A stretch of DNA of 35,133 nt from an uncultured Planctomycetaceae bacterium (GTDB lineage Bacteria; Planctomycetota; Planctomycetia; Pirellulales; Thermoguttaceae), in the NCBI GenBank assembly GCA_964458015.1, contig CAYWGR010000035.1:1-35133 (forward strand), written 5' to 3'. The notes beneath the pieces were generated by a model. It saw only the letters and a program-made list of their open reading frames with translations, did not search any database and was not told the origin of the DNA. The position numbers were made by a program, and so were the translations under genes. Below are positions 34,921-35,133 of this stretch, in pieces (the first letter of the stretch is position 1; each line of letters begins with the position of its first letter).

Positions 34921-35133
34921 TTGGCATACCCATCCGTTGACTATCTTCAGAATGTGCTAGCAAAGCACGTCTTTCACTATGCCAAGGACGCAAAGAAGGC
35001 GTCTGGCCGAGCGTTAGGTACACTCGTCGAAATAATCACCTTCTACAGTTTGAAGGCTTGGGGCCTTGAACGGCATGTTGCGATTGAAAGACCGCTTCCT
35101 GAATTCGCCAACGCTGGCATCACTCATAACGTC
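34921..35133 (+). CDS. 5' part of an unknown low-GC ORF that runs off the window end
   Basis: The frame is open from TTG 34921 (or GTG 34954) to the window end with no stop: LAYPSVDYLQNVLAKHVFHYAKDAKKASGRALGTLVEIITFYSLKAWGLERHVAIERPLPEFANAGITHNV. GC is about 45%, which differs from the host. Confidence 0.3.
   Translation, partial: MAYPSVDYLQNVLAKHVFHYAKDAKKASGRALGTLVEIITFYSLKAWGLERHVAIERPLPEFANAGITHNV

Noticed and set aside
1-35133. CRISPR arrays, tRNA/rRNA genes, integrase or transposase genes
   Set aside because: No regularly spaced 25-40-nt direct repeats were seen, no tRNA-like cloverleaf candidates in the intergenic regions, and none of the ORFs carries DDE, tyrosine-recombinase or serine-recombinase motifs.

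Overview
This is a 35 kb chromosomal segment, about 58-62% GC, and its gene content points to a Planctomycetota (Pirellula-like) genome. Supporting signs are a DUF1570 HExxH secreted protein, GT39 and beta-helix secreted proteins, many secreted hypotheticals, and a sigma-54 activator paired with an FHA protein. I support about 25 protein-coding genes and found no rRNA, tRNA or CRISPR array.

The window opens with a housekeeping block: the 3' end of an ispA-like polyprenyl synthase overlapping dxs, then nadK. Next come two secreted hypotheticals, then a c-di-AMP synthase (DAC domain) with an unusual N-terminal pyruvate-kinase-C-like domain and a HEAT-repeat lipoprotein. After those are an SPFH protein fused to a YbjN-like C-terminus, a DUF1570 HExxH secreted protein, and a Tat-exported Gfo/Idh/MocA oxidoreductase. 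Further on are a LysM protein, an NCS1-type permease, a GT39-like membrane glycosyltransferase, and a ~1000-aa AsmA/TamB-like protein whose N-terminal TM helix has no canonical start codon. The second half holds dapF, a DUF374 acyltransferase, a double-parvulin SurA-like PPIase, and an ABC-transporter-type glycan cluster (Wzm, Wzt, a WecA-like GT4 with a C-terminal extension, and GT2). After that come a low-GC ~1 kb islet carrying one small membrane protein bracketed by 65-bp direct repeats, a large secreted right-handed beta-helix protein, an FHA protein, and an NtrC-type sigma-54 activator. The window ends in a low-GC partial ORF.

Non-coding signals worth attention: two inverted copies of a 66-bp palindromic (REP/MITE-like) element, and a family of C-rich degenerate micro-repeat tracts full of TAA/TAG/TGA that sit immediately upstream of several start codons. 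There is also a 21-nt hairpin motif shared downstream of two genes and several rho-independent terminators. Many long antisense ORFs in the six-frame track are high-GC artefacts.
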